IMG/VR virus record: IMGVR_UViG_3300031823_000003 | Coordinates: 22,325-86,324 of that record | DNA length: 64,000 nt | Origin: a virus | Direction: 5' to 3' (one strand) | Shown here: piece by piece, positions 43,578 through 54,451 of the stretch | Layout of the letters: every line of letters starts with the position of its first letter | Numbering within the stretch: position 1 is the stretch's first letter | Notes under the pieces: model-generated | Database searches by the model: none | What the model was told of the DNA's origin: nothing | What the model saw: the letters and a program-made list of their open reading frames with translations, nothing else | Made by a program: the position numbers and the translations under genes

Positions 43578-44402
43578 TTACTCCTTGGATAGCGCTTCCG
43601 GTGAGTACGCCCATCCGCCATAGCGGACGCGGTTCCGCATCACACTTTCGCTCATAGCCATTGCCGCTTTGAATGCGGTGTCATACGGGCCAGTCAGCGA
43701 AGATGTGGAGTACTCCCCGCAATCCCATGCATTTTCGCCCTTGCCGGGAAACGGAATCGGTGTATCCGGGGTGATCGTCGATCGCGTCATTCGCCGCCAC
43801 ATCCACGGCCAGCGCGGACGCCGCCATGTGCTCTCGAATATTTCTACGGTCGAAGCGTACCCGCCTTCCGGCATGGGAACGATGACGCGCTCGGTAGATA
43901 ATCTAGTTTCCGAGTAAACGGATCGCCCGAATACCGCGTCCACAGGGCAGATCGAAATATGCCACCACTTGGGATCGGCGCTGCGCGATTCCATTGGGTC
44001 GTTCCAGAGATTGACCCACAGGCAGTCATCGTGCCACGTGATGCCGATCTGGCGGCCATTGGTAGACCAGTATGATCCCTTGCTGACATTGCCAACGCCG
44101 TCGCGGATTTCGTACTCACGCGGCGCGGAGTCACGGGAAGTAATGCGCTCCATCAGTCGGCGCAGCGGACGGTATTTCATACCCCAATAAAATGCGGCGA
44201 ACCCGATACCGATGTGACCGCCAATCGCATCTTCGTCATAGTCGGCGAGAGATAGTTCAGCGCCGATAGTGGACCGCTTGAATAGTGTCCACTCGAAGTG
44301 CCATCCGACCTCAGCAAATTCCAGCCAGCAGCGGCCATGCCGGAGCATGGACCCGGTACGGTTGTGGGAGCGTTCGTTCAAGTTCTGGGAATGAAATCGC
44401 AT
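43578..44402 (-). CDS. Trp-rich hypothetical protein
   Basis: 274 aa with GGAGG RBS. Confidence 0.7.
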   Translation of the reverse strand: MRFHSQNLNERSHNRTGSMLRHGRCWLEFAEVGWHFEWTLFKRSTIGAELSLADYDEDAIGGHIGIGFAAFYWGMKYRPLRRLMERITSRDSAPREYEIRDGVGNVSKGSYWSTNGRQIGITWHDDCLWVNLWNDPMESRSADPKWWHISICPVDAVFGRSVYSETRLSTERVIVPMPEGGYASTVEIFESTWRRPRWPWMWRRMTRSTITPDTPIPFPGKGENAWDCGEYSTSSLTGPYDTAFKAAMAMSESVMRNRVRYGGWAYSPEALSKE

Positions 44403-44658
44403 TGCCTATTCCTCCTTTTAACCGCCGAGAGATTATTACTTCAAGCGTATCGCACCAGTCCGTCATATTCAGAGCGCACTGATATACGACGTCACTGTCC
44501 GAATACGATGAGGCCCGTTCACGGATGACATCCAAGTATTGCTTATGGCCTTCCCCCTTAGAGGTGGATGTCAGCCTGTCCATCAGACCGCTTATTCTGG
44601 CAATCAAAGAGATAACTTTTATGCGAATATCATTACGTTCATTCATCGTCTGAGTCAT
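44311..44658 (-). CDS. Hypothetical protein
   Basis: GGAGG RBS before MTQTMNER; 3' end overlaps the next gene. Confidence 0.45.
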   Translation of the reverse strand: MTQTMNERNDIRIKVISLIARISGLMDRLTSTSKGEGHKQYLDVIRERASSYSDSDVVYQCALNMTDWCDTLEVIISRRLKGGIGNAISFPELERTLPQPYRVHAPAWPLLAGIC

Positions 44659-45331
44659 CGGTTTCCTCCGCAATATCGGGATCGTCCAACTCAACATCAT
44701 CAATCTCCCCCTCTAATACTTCCTCACTCTCTTCTCCCACCTCTACCTCTTCTGCATCCGCCACTGCTACTGCGCCCCGGCGCTCCGCCGCTGCCCGCCG
44801 CCGGGCTTCAAAACTCCTGCCCCCGCCGATGACATTATTCTGGGTGTTCGAGTTATTGATCGCCGTGTTGATCTGCACACCGGCGGAAGTAGGCCGGATA
44901 CTCTTAAGCAGCGACGGCAGGGTCTTGATGGCTTCGAGACGCATCCCGTGATCGGGTTCGGTGAGCGGCATGCCTTGGGCATCGGTCACTACTCCGCCGC
45001 TGGTAATCAGAGTGCGTTCCGCGCGCATCGCGTCATGGAGCACAGTCCGCAACTGTCCCCGGCGGACGGACATTAACACTTCTTCGTTGATCGCCAGATC
45101 GACGGCTTCATGGGAGAGCGAGGCATTATGCATCTGCACGCGGACGATGGCGTCGTTCACTTGGTCGATCGACAGGTGGAGTTTGGCGGCGATCTCATCC
45201 GGTGACTTTTGGAGTACCAGTAGCCGCCATGCTACGCGGTCCAGGTTGGACGGCCTGCTATGGCGTCCGGTCCGGGTTATCAAAGAATGCGCCGGAGGCG
45301 GCGATTGAGCCTGTGGCTGTGCTGGTGACAT
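44639..45331 (-). CDS. Probable terminase small subunit
   Basis: HTH (SPDEIAAKLHLSIDQV), DHGMRLEAIK helix, acidic tail; upstream of terL. Start inferred at MSPAQP. Confidence 0.55.
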   Translation of the reverse strand: MSPAQPQAQSPPPAHSLITRTGRHSRPSNLDRVAWRLLVLQKSPDEIAAKLHLSIDQVNDAIVRVQMHNASLSHEAVDLAINEEVLMSVRRGQLRTVLHDAMRAERTLITSGGVVTDAQGMPLTEPDHGMRLEAIKTLPSLLKSIRPTSAGVQINTAINNSNTQNNVIGGGRSFEARRRAAAERRGAVAVADAEEVEVGEESEEVLEGEIDDVELDDPDIAEETDDSDDE

Positions 45332-45827
45332 CTCGGGATTCGTCGGCGATGACGGAGGAGTCGTCAATGGCGGTGCGGGAACGAGATACCCAATGCCCGT
45401 CTCCGGGATCGGATACTGCATATCCGTCGGGGGTGACTTCTGTAACAGAGGTGTATCCCCTGACTCCTTCGGCAAGCCACTGCTGTGTGAAGGTTCCGAC
45501 CGCAGTGGCAGCTCGTTCGATTCTCTGGGCTGCGATCCGTTCTTCCTTGACGAGCTGGACGAGCTGCGCGACCGCTTCCCCGATTTGGCGTCCGTTGATG
45601 CTTTTGATCTGGGCATCGAATTGTGTCCTGTGCAGGTCCAGCATAGTACGGAATTCAGCGAGAGCGTTAGCCCATTGATCGCGGTGCTCGGCGAGAGTGG
45701 TAGAGGTGGACTGGACTATCCGGCGAAAGGAGAGACCGACGTAGACCAGCCACGCTGATGTACCGATGAGCAGGGCGATGAACAGTCCGGCGATCAGGGA
45801 GAGAGCGACGATGCCGACGACGCTCAA
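45258..45827 (-). CDS. Single-pass membrane protein with coiled coil
   Basis: N-terminal hydrophobic helix; 189 aa. Confidence 0.6.
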   Translation of the reverse strand: MSVVGIVALSLIAGLFIALLIGTSAWLVYVGLSFRRIVQSTSTTLAEHRDQWANALAEFRTMLDLHRTQFDAQIKSINGRQIGEAVAQLVQLVKEERIAAQRIERAATAVGTFTQQWLAEGVRGYTSVTEVTPDGYAVSDPGDGHWVSRSRTAIDDSSVIADESRDVTSTATGSIAASGAFFDNPDRTP

Positions 45828-46027
45828 TTATCACACTCGTGAATCAGTATCCTAATCCCGTGCTCGCCGGTCTCCCATCGCGGCCCGCACCAGCAGGACG
45901 AGTTTTCGATATGCTCTCGACCGAAATCAGGTAGTACATGAACCACATCATCAATGTGTTCGTCATCCACTACCAGCCAGCGGCTATACCGGATTACTGG
46001 CGCTAATTCGGGAGATGTTCCGATCAC
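45824..46027 (-). CDS. Small His/Cys protein
   Basis: HVLPD..EH..CWCGP..IH motif. Confidence 0.55.
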   Translation of the reverse strand: MIGTSPELAPVIRYSRWLVVDDEHIDDVVHVLPDFGREHIENSSCWCGPRWETGEHGIRILIHECDN

Positions 46028-46184
46028 TGTCTCAGCCCTCTATTCGATCATCCGTGTCGATGGCTAGTCGGCGAGATGGCACGCTGCGGGTGCGACCCGT
46101 CTGATGCTGCTGTAAATCACCGCGCTGTTGTGTCCACTTGCGGATGACCGGATGCAGGACTGAGTGCAATTGCCCTGCACGGTG

Positions 46185-46529
46185 CTACTTCGCTCCAAAG
46201 AATCCGTGTAGCGAAGGCAACGCCGAACTGTAAAGCTGTTCCAAATCGTTGATGAGCTGGTGGATTTTTCCCTGTGCGGCAGGTTCGAGACTATCGTATT
46301 CCGCCCGCGCCTGCTGCCACAACGGGGCGATCGCGTTCTGCACGGCAGATTCGGTGGCGGCAACGTCGGACTGAACATCGGCGGCCACCGCAGCGGCAGC
46401 CTCACCGATGGTTACAGGTGCAGTGGACGCGACAGGTGACGTTGGCTGAGCCGAAGCCGTACCCACTGCTCCCGCTGCTAATGGCACGGTTGGCACACTC
46501 GGTACATTAGGTGTTACTGGCGTTGACAT
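46185..46529 (-). CDS. Ala-rich hypothetical protein
   Basis: GAGGAGG RBS before MSTPVT. Confidence 0.6.
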   Translation of the reverse strand: MSTPVTPNVPSVPTVPLAAGAVGTASAQPTSPVASTAPVTIGEAAAAVAADVQSDVAATESAVQNAIAPLWQQARAEYDSLEPAAQGKIHQLINDLEQLYSSALPSLHGFFGAK

Positions 46530-46641
46530 ATCTGTGATTCCTCCTCGGTGACGTTTTACATTTGTGCACTTGAGGGCGGCCATCTACCGCACCGCCCTCA
46601 CACTACCGGACTACCGGACTACCATACCGCTAACAGTTGCA

Positions 46642-47262
46642 TTAGCTCGCTGGACTGAACTGCATGGTCAGCGCCGTAGCCGCTCCCGGCACCACGGTGA
46701 TCGTGTCCTGGGCGTTCAGGTTATTCGCGGTATCCTGCGAGGTTGCCTGAAACGACCCGGTGTGGCCGGCGGTGCCGATGGATTTGTACTGGCATCCGCC
46801 GGGTGGGATAGTCACGGGATTGCCCGCGCCATCCGTACCGCTGATCGGCGAGGTTGTATTGTTCGCTGTGATTGTGAACGCCGTGGGATCAGAAGCTCCG
46901 TAAGTCATCTTGGTGGGATCGACTGTAACGGGATTGCCTGCGGCATCGGTTTCGGCGGGGGTGACAATCGTGGACGACCCCGCCCCTGAGTCTGTGAGCT
47001 GAATAGGCATACCTTGTAAATCCTTTCCGTCAAACAGCATGATGAGTCTGACCGGTTTGGGGTTGAGGTCGGTATCGATACGGGATAGTACCGATACAAG
47101 GGAATTCAGGGAGAGGGCGAGAGCAGAGATCGCCTGTGCGCTGGCTGCCAGCGCCTGCGTATTAGCGGTGACCGCTGTGGTCTGGGACTCAATCGCGGCG
47201 GTCTGGCGTTCGATGGCCGCTATGAGCCGATTGAGAGTGTTGGCGTTCACGACGATAAACAT
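46642..47262 (-). CDS. Coiled-coil plus Ig-like domain protein
   Basis: N-terminal heptads; C-terminal DAAGNPV..ITVVPGAATAL Ig-like strands. Confidence 0.6.
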   Translation of the reverse strand: MFIVVNANTLNRLIAAIERQTAAIESQTTAVTANTQALAASAQAISALALSLNSLVSVLSRIDTDLNPKPVRLIMLFDGKDLQGMPIQLTDSGAGSSTIVTPAETDAAGNPVTVDPTKMTYGASDPTAFTITANNTTSPISGTDGAGNPVTIPPGGCQYKSIGTAGHTGSFQATSQDTANNLNAQDTITVVPGAATALTMQFSPAS

Positions 47263-47330
47263 TGGATCAGATGACCTCTGACAGTACTAACACGGTAGTG
47301 GTTGTGATAGCGAGGGAAATATACATACAG

Positions 47331-49214
47331 TCATAGGAATAATGTTTCCCGGTTGGCCGCGATCCCGTCTCTGGACACTAACGCTAACTGTGCCCGCTTG
47401 AGATCGCTGAGATACGCCGAGGCGGTGCCGGACTTCTCCAGCTTGGATTCCTCGAACAGTTGTTCACGGGTAACCAGTTCGCCGCCGTGAGCGATCAGAC
47501 GGTCGAGCATGCGGCGCGCTCCCTCGCGCAGTTTCGGTCCCCAGATCGCTAGCACATCCTCGGTAGACTGGGGAGCATCGGGAATATGGCCGCCGAAGTA
47601 GTCGATCCCGGTCTGGGTAGCGAACAGGTCGCCGCCGCGCTTCTCGATGTATCCGCCACGAAACAAGTCCGATTTGTACGCAGAGTACGTGCCAGACTTC
47701 TTGAGTCCGGCGTGCGACCGTAACCGCCCATCAGGCATACCTCCCGGATGGAACTGACACAGCGCGGATAACATACGCTCGGCACCGTCGCGGAGCTTAG
47801 GATGATCGCCGTTATTGCTAATGGTAGTTCGCTGCGCTGACGCTGACGCTGACGGTCGTTCTGACCGTTGCGGCGACACAATACGCACCGTTACCGGATC
47901 GTTGCGTGTGATGTTGACGTTCAGTTCGACATCTTCGCCAGCCATTAGCTGCTCTAATTTTGCCAGCACTGTTTCAGCATTGCGCTTGAGCTTGTCGAAC
48001 TCCTGGCTACGGCTCGTAATAGCGGACTCAGCGATAGACGCGATCTGCACGGATGCCCTGTCCAGTATGGACTTGACCTCATCGGCGGACACAGATGCAT
48101 TGTCGAACCCGAATGCTTTGACGTTGGTGATGATTTTTATAGCTAGTCCTAGAGCGGCGTGCAGGCGCTTGATGAGCGCGCGGTCGGCGGCAGAGGATTT
48201 CTCGACTACTCTTTCTTTCCCTTTACCGGACGCCACCGCTTTGATCTCTTTTTGCAACCGTGATATCTCTGCTCTCAGTGTCCGGGGATCGTCTTCTTTG
48301 GCTTTCTGGATCGTCTCGGACAGTCTCTCTTTCAACTTATCTAAATCCACTTCGGCCAGCTTATGCGCTATCTTAGGGCGTTCCCCGGCTTTAGGGGTAG
48401 CTGAACTATCGAATGTTTCCCGTTCCCGGATATGGACTCGTTTGAATATATCCAGCCATTCCGGGGACCAGACCCAAGTGTCACCCTTGCCGAGTGATGC
48501 CAAGGCCCCGAAGAACTCGTCGGCTTTGCCCTTGATATCGTGGCCCTCGACCCACGCCTCCTTGACGGATTTCCGGTCCAGTTTATGCAGAAGACGATGG
48601 CAGATCAGAGTCTCGATCTGGCTTAGTGTGTCCTTGTTGATGACCTGCGGACGCTGACTGATGAGAACGACACCGAGTCCGCAATTTCGATCGCGGCGAA
48701 CCAGACGGTCATATGCCCCAAACATCCGCTCGTGCCCCTTGGGGATGCGCTGCGGCACTACTTCGTCGGCTTCGTCCAAGTACAAACAGAGAGGTGTCCT
48801 GTTCTCCGGCTTACCCTTGAGATGATGCAGGCGCTCGCCGAACTCCATGGCGAATCGCCGCTGATCGTTCATGGACAGGTGCCGGAGGGAGAACACGACA
48901 CTCGCGCCCGTCTCTACAACGAAGTCCGCCATGATGGTACCGTGTGTTCCCTCTAGTGGCAGGTCACCGTTGGGTCCACCGAACATATACACCTTGAATC
49001 CTGCGGACTTGCCGTCGCGCGAGGACCGGATGCCGTACCACGCATTCGTTGGATCTATGGCTACGCATTGCTGGCCGTGCTTGAGCATCTCCTCCATCAT
49101 CACGACAGCAGTATTGGTTTTGCCTGAGCCGCGTATACCGAGAATGGCAAAGGTCTGGGTGACGGCATCCAGAGGAAGTGACAGATTGCCAGCGATGCGC
49201 AGTTGTCTACTCAT
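47331..49214 (-). CDS. HerA/FtsK-family (DUF87-like) P-loop ATPase with C-terminal winged-helix-like repeats
   Basis: GIRGSGKT, AIDP, LYLDEAD, LISQRP motifs. Confidence 0.85.
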   Translation of the reverse strand: MSRQLRIAGNLSLPLDAVTQTFAILGIRGSGKTNTAVVMMEEMLKHGQQCVAIDPTNAWYGIRSSRDGKSAGFKVYMFGGPNGDLPLEGTHGTIMADFVVETGASVVFSLRHLSMNDQRRFAMEFGERLHHLKGKPENRTPLCLYLDEADEVVPQRIPKGHERMFGAYDRLVRRDRNCGLGVVLISQRPQVINKDTLSQIETLICHRLLHKLDRKSVKEAWVEGHDIKGKADEFFGALASLGKGDTWVWSPEWLDIFKRVHIRERETFDSSATPKAGERPKIAHKLAEVDLDKLKERLSETIQKAKEDDPRTLRAEISRLQKEIKAVASGKGKERVVEKSSAADRALIKRLHAALGLAIKIITNVKAFGFDNASVSADEVKSILDRASVQIASIAESAITSRSQEFDKLKRNAETVLAKLEQLMAGEDVELNVNITRNDPVTVRIVSPQRSERPSASASAQRTTISNNGDHPKLRDGAERMLSALCQFHPGGMPDGRLRSHAGLKKSGTYSAYKSDLFRGGYIEKRGGDLFATQTGIDYFGGHIPDAPQSTEDVLAIWGPKLREGARRMLDRLIAHGGELVTREQLFEESKLEKSGTASAYLSDLKRAQLALVSRDGIAANRETLFL

Positions 49215-49410
49215 TGAATCATCTTGTTCAGCAATGCCCGCTGTACTCTCACGGCGTCACATCGTCGCAGACATAAGGCAATCACCTGGTCCTTGTCATC
49301 ATCCGGTTCGGGTCCGCGTTGTATGATCACCATATAGAAAGCCTAAAAGTGTGTCCTGAGGATATCCCGGCGAATGAAGATCGCGTGTTTGCGCAGACGT
49401 AGTGACATAT

Positions 49411-52400
49411 TCAACTCCGACGTTCACAGTGTTCGCACCGATCACTGACCGCCGCCACTGTCCGTCGATGCCTGCCGACATGCAGGAGCTTATGCATCTG
49501 GCCGCCGCAATCCGAGCATCGTCCCGCAGAGATTTGGACGTGATGCCGACCGGAGAGCAGGCGGATTCGAGTACGGGGCGTCATAACTAAATTTTTCGTC
49601 TCCGGTGATAAACCGGTATCTGAACTAGCGTATAGTAGACAATCCTTACACGTCTCCAGATAACGGCTAACCAGTACACCGGAACCAATAACCATACACC
49701 GCGCGCATTATACGGGTTAGTCACGTACAGCCTGAATCCGGTAGGAGGATGATCCCATATGGAGTGTGATTTCATACTTCTGTAAACCGTTCCCATTTCC
49801 ACTTGCCCCATTTAACCTGTACTCCGCTCTGCCGCCTGACCGCACAATTGGCGCACGGCGATAACTTCTGCATCGTCCAGCTAAATGGGTAATCGGCGGC
49901 GCACGTGTCGCAGACTATCCGCATCGCGTTGCCTCCGTTGGGATGCACGATAAACCTGAGCGTATATGCCGACTTGTAGACGAACTCAATAGCGAGTGGC
50001 GTATCCACGGGAACGCGGTGCATCAATCTTAGAGACACCCAGCCGCCACCGATACAGAGACTCAGCATTCCAGTGTTTGATTGCCGCGACAGGTAGAGAT
50101 AACGCCAGTGTATAGTCATCGACGCGCTTTACTTGCTTTATACAATCTTACCGCTTCTCTTAATTCATCCACAGTCAGACCGAAACTAGTTACGGTTTTT
50201 GCTCTAGATTCGCAATCACCGCAAATATACACACCAGTGTCATCATCAACCACTTCCGGCATGTGATCGCCTTCATCCGGCTCATCCGGCTCCCAGTGGC
50301 ACAGCAGGCATCGCTCACGTAATTTCAGTTCCTGTCTCAATGCTCAGTCTCTGATACCCAATGCCGCTTTTAGCTTATCCGCCAAGCTCCATACTCCGCC
50401 GCGCGATCGCTTGTCCGGCTCGTACTCTTTACGCCACGCCTCGACTACTTCCGCATCCACCGCCGCCTCGACGAACCGTCTGTCGGGTATGCCTGTTTTC
50501 CGGTGCTCCCTGAACCTGGTCAACGCGATATTCCAGTCCACGCTCGGCCTGAGGTTAAACCCGAATCCGCATAACGAGCACCAGTATTCCTTGCCGCTGA
50601 TCTGCTTGCCGAATGGATCGACAGACCGCGTTGACCGCTCGATACGCTGAGTTCCGCAGCTTGGACAGAACCTGATGCGGCGCTCGAATCCCATTTTGTC
50701 GTGAGAGATGCGGTCGGATAACAGTTCGATAAGATAAGGCATGGACAGAAGTGTATCGCCATCAATTTACTTTCTTGTCGTCCTCATCTATCACTTTCTC
50801 CCACGGCACCAGCTTGGCCTCGCCCGAATCCACCTGCCGCTTGACCTCCAGCAAATCGCCTGCGAACTCATCCCGCTGTTCGGGAGATCCGTGGAAACTG
50901 ATTTCGTAGAACAGTTCTGTGATGATCTCCAGAAAAGTAAAGCACGTTTCACCCTCGGCGACAGTCGTTACCTTGCTTTCCGTAAACGCCGTTCGCCAGT
51001 CAAGTATGGTGACATTCGGTGCCAGTCTGACCGGGAGATGCGCGATCTCGTTGACTGGCGAAAAATCCAGCGCATAGTGAGTATCGGATTCATCGCGTCC
51101 ATGCACATCGATACTGTCATTGATGCCCAATATGGTGCCCATACGGTCGGCATCGATCTCTATAGTCCGGGTCAATTCGACATACTTTAGTTCGCTGGGT
51201 TTGATGCACGGTCGCCGGGACTCTTTTACGAACGCATCCACGTCGCACCACGAGTACTCGCCAACCAGTTCTGACAGCTTACTATTCCTGACTACAAACT
51301 CAATGATGTCACCCAGAGTCACGCCGTCCTCAATGTGGCACACCGATCTTAATTCGTGAAACAGACTCCGTATCGGCTTATCGACATAAGCACGCTCGGT
51401 ACTATCCCATTCAGTCGCACGGAATCCAGATTTGCCAATCCATAGGCCGCCGCTCATTGATCGCTCGGTTCCTTCCCATGCTCATCAATTGCTCTCTGCT
51501 GTGACCGGGAGAACTCACACGCCACGCATCTCACACCTATATAATGCCGCCTACCGTCGAAGGCATCCTGATCGGCGGCATGATACTTCTGGAAATGGTG
51601 ATACTCGGCGTGCAGCCAGTCCCAGGCGTCGATCAGGATATGCATGCTTTAAAGCATCCAGCGATCGTGCTCTCCGCTGGCAAATCCCGGCTCATCCCAA
51701 TGAGATATCAGATCGGAGTAATAGCGCTTGACCGATTCCACCGCCGCTTCGACCTTTGCCTGGTTAGACCGCCGCCATTCGGCAGACATCTCGGATTCGG
51801 ATTTAAGTTTTCCCACTATCGACAGGTCCCTTCGTCACAGCATTTATAGGGATTTCACCGCTTGCAATAACTTTTGCGCCCGCTCGGTCATCACCAGCGC
51901 CCATGTCCACTCGCCCTTATCGCACCATGCCGCCGCATTGACCAGCGACTCTTTGGCCAGCTTTAGCATATGCCGCCGGAACTTGCGCTCAGGATAGCGG
52001 GCGGCGGACCGGCCTGACTTGCGTAATCCGCTAGATGGTCCAGTGCGCGCCCGGTCTTTCATTTCAACCCCCAATAGTTAATCCACCTGTCGAGTAGCCC
52101 AATGAGCATAGGCAGTCCGAATAGCACGCTTAGTCCAATGAGCGAACAGGTGGCGATTACGGTGCTTAGAGGGGGTGTGCGCGACCGATGGCGGCGATGA
52201 TACATGCTCATTTATCCTTCGAGCTATCCAGCTTTAGCAAAAACACATGCGATACGTCTCGCCAGTAAGCCTGCATCATCGCCGTAGCTTTGCGGTCTCG
52301 GCTATCATCCGGAGGAAACCTGACCCAGTTCGTGCACACCAGCCAGCGGCTTCCATCCTGAAATGATCCCACTGCGCCGAGAGACATACCTCCTCCGACT

Positions 52401-52719
52401 CGCGGCTTCCAGTACACGCGATAGACGCCATGTGGGAGACGCTTGGTTTCGGCTCGTGTCACGCTTACTCGACCGCCTCCGTCAATCCCCGATACACCAG
52501 CCCCAGCACCGCCGGATGGTACGCGATCCCATTAGGCCGCACGGTCGGCGCACTCACCTTAATCTCCACTTCCAGATCATCCGCCGTGACATCGCGCATA
52601 ATCGGGACATTGTCCTCGCGCAGCTTGCGGTTTACACCCTTGGCGGCGATAGCCATGAAGTCATGCAACAGTTGCTTGTACTCGATGTCCTCGACCATCC
52701 GCTCACAGTGCCGACACAT
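49411..52719 (-). CDS. Cluster of small hypothetical genes (e.g. 49587-49811, 49772-50119, 50116-50340, 50344-50742, 50762-51457, 51454-51645, 51844-52074, 52208-52462, 52465-52719); several carry CxxC motifs
   Basis: Tightly tiled, often overlapping stop/start, co-oriented with the packaging genes; no family recognised. Confidence 0.55.
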
Positions 52720-53094
52720 CTATTTTCCTCCCGCCTTATCGATCTTCCGATACAGCACGCACCGTTCAAATCCAAGATATTCCAGCGCCGCCCCCTGCGG
52801 ATCGCGCCCATTTTTACCAGCGCTGCGTATCATCCGCGACAAATGCTGGAATGTTACCGACTCGCCGGTCACCTGTTTGATCCGCTTGGCCAGCGCATCC
52901 AGGCCGCCGCATGATTCCCGCGCCCGGTCCAGCACGATTGAGACCTCGGCGACGGTAAAATATTTCGGTGTATCGGCGGGTACAACGGCGGATATGGATA
53001 TAGTTGCCGCCGCCGAATCGTCCGGCCACCGCCCCGGACCTTTTCGGGTCCGCATTCCAGACCGCGACTTTCCAGCCACAGCGGATCGATTCAC
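52720..53094 (-). CDS. Putative HTH (Cro/XRE-like) DNA-binding protein
   Basis: GLDALAKRI..VTFQHLSRMIR..LEYLGFER; first gene of the leftward arm. Confidence 0.55.
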   Translation of the reverse strand: MNRSAVAGKSRSGMRTRKGPGRWPDDSAAATISISAVVPADTPKYFTVAEVSIVLDRARESCGGLDALAKRIKQVTGESVTFQHLSRMIRSAGKNGRDPQGAALEYLGFERCVLYRKIDKAGGK

Positions 53095-53324
53095 GAGCCG
53101 GCAGACTCCTTTTCCCCAGCTAACTCCAACTCTAATTTAAGGACTTTTACCTGCAATTCGATTTTCCTTATCCTAGCTTACTGACGGCGAATCTTATTTT
53201 TCCAGTCAGTTATATTTCTCCGCGTCACCAGCCCATGATCGGTAAATTTAGCCCATACGATATTTCCCATTGGACTTAAACCTAATGACTTCCTCGCCGT
53301 TTTAGGTGAACCTATGCTGGGGTA

Positions 53325-53353
53325 AATTTACGCTCAGGCGGTAAACGTGTCAA
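53325..53353 (-). promoter_or_regulatory. Leftward sigma70-like promoter
   Basis: TTGACA (53353-53348)-17 nt-TAAATT (53330-53325). Confidence 0.6.
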
Positions 53354-53637
53354 GGCCAAAATTGGAGAAAATTTAGGGGACAGTTATGTCAAAATTGGTG
53401 AGGATCATAATTGGCGAAAATCGGGGAGGAGTGTATGTCGATCCAGCACTTGCCCGTCGGTGGACCGGAGCACACCCCGGCTACCCCTTTGCCTGCCCTG
53501 TATGCCGGCATAGACGTTAGTCGATGCACATATCGATGTACATGACGATGCCCGTTAGCGTCTGTCACTTGGCAATCGGCGGACTGTGGACCGTGCGGAC
53601 TGATATACGATTGTGTTCAACTAATTGAACATGGGCG

Positions 53638-53666
53638 TTGACAGACGTATACGACTTTGGTAGAGT
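53638..53666 (+). promoter_or_regulatory. Rightward early sigma70-like promoter with CGTATACGAC box in the spacer
   Basis: TTGACA-17 nt-TAGAGT. Confidence 0.65.
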
Positions 53667-53732
53667 GCGCGATAGATCAGCACTCACATGTATCGGTCGA
53701 ACAATTAAATCTTCCTGCTGGGGGAACAATAG

Positions 53733-53964
53733 ATGGCTATATCCAAAGGTACCGCATGCCTAACTTAAGCGGGATGAGTTAACTACTTGGCACAACGTTA
53801 TCTCCTATCCGCAAGTTACCGTTACAGCCCACACCAGAGTATGGGTCATATCTGTACCTAATCCGTATGTAACAAGACGTGGCACATTCTATTTGGTACA
53901 AACCAGACGAAACGATCAGTCATCCGTGGTAGCTGTGGACTCGTCTAATTTAAGGAAAGGATGA
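53733..53964 (+). pseudogene. Frameshifted small gene
   Basis: MAISKGTACLT* followed in the +1 frame by 66 open codons LKRDELTTWHN...RKG*. Confidence 0.35.
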
Positions 53965-53970
53965 ATAACA

Positions 53971-54336
53971 ATGAAAGATACGATGCCATCCAGCAACAAA
54001 CAATTCCAGCATGACGCGCAGTACTGGGTCGAAGTCCGCCACCAAGACCACTGCGCGTACTGCAAGGACTCTATCCGCATGGACTGCGCGAGTGCACCGA
54101 AGGACGCGCCAACGCGCCGTACCCGCGTAGCACAGTTCATCTACTTCATGGAAGCAATCGACTACGCACAGGCATTGCAGAAGGCCGGCGTACAGTCTTG
54201 GCTACGCATGCCACGATTCACAGCGGATGGAGTCGAGTCCGATTATAGCCATTACAGTTTGGAGCCACGGCTACAGACTCCGATTGTGCTGGATGACAAA
54301 CCTGGCATACCGATATCTGCTCTAGAGCCAAGATAG
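53971..54336 (+). CDS. Early hypothetical protein
   Basis: AAGGA RBS, 121 aa. Confidence 0.6.
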   Translation: MKDTMPSSNKQFQHDAQYWVEVRHQDHCAYCKDSIRMDCASAPKDAPTRRTRVAQFIYFMEAIDYAQALQKAGVQSWLRMPRFTADGVESDYSHYSLEPRLQTPIVLDDKPGIPISALEPR

Positions 54337-54341
54337 TAGCA

Positions 54342-54430
54342 GTAATTGACTCTCGTTATGCGTCCGGTAACAAGCGCACTAATGTACATACATTAGTATA
54401 CTTACTTGGCGCATAGCTAAACTCAATTAC
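54342..54430 (+). other. Long imperfect RNA hairpin between early genes
   Basis: GTAATTGA/TCAATTAC, GTTATGCGTC/GGCGCATAGC, ACTAATGT/ACATTAGT nested stems. Confidence 0.65.
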
Positions 54431-54451
54431 TCTTCCGGGGGATCAACCTAT

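Noticed and set aside
44639-45616. 325-aa version of the TerS-like ORF
   Set aside because: The N-terminal 95 codons overlap the 45258-45827 membrane protein gene and look like shadow sequence.
53614-53631. LexA/SOS box
   Set aside because: GTTC-N8-GAAC arrangement does not match the LexA boxes I know; recorded only as a palindrome.
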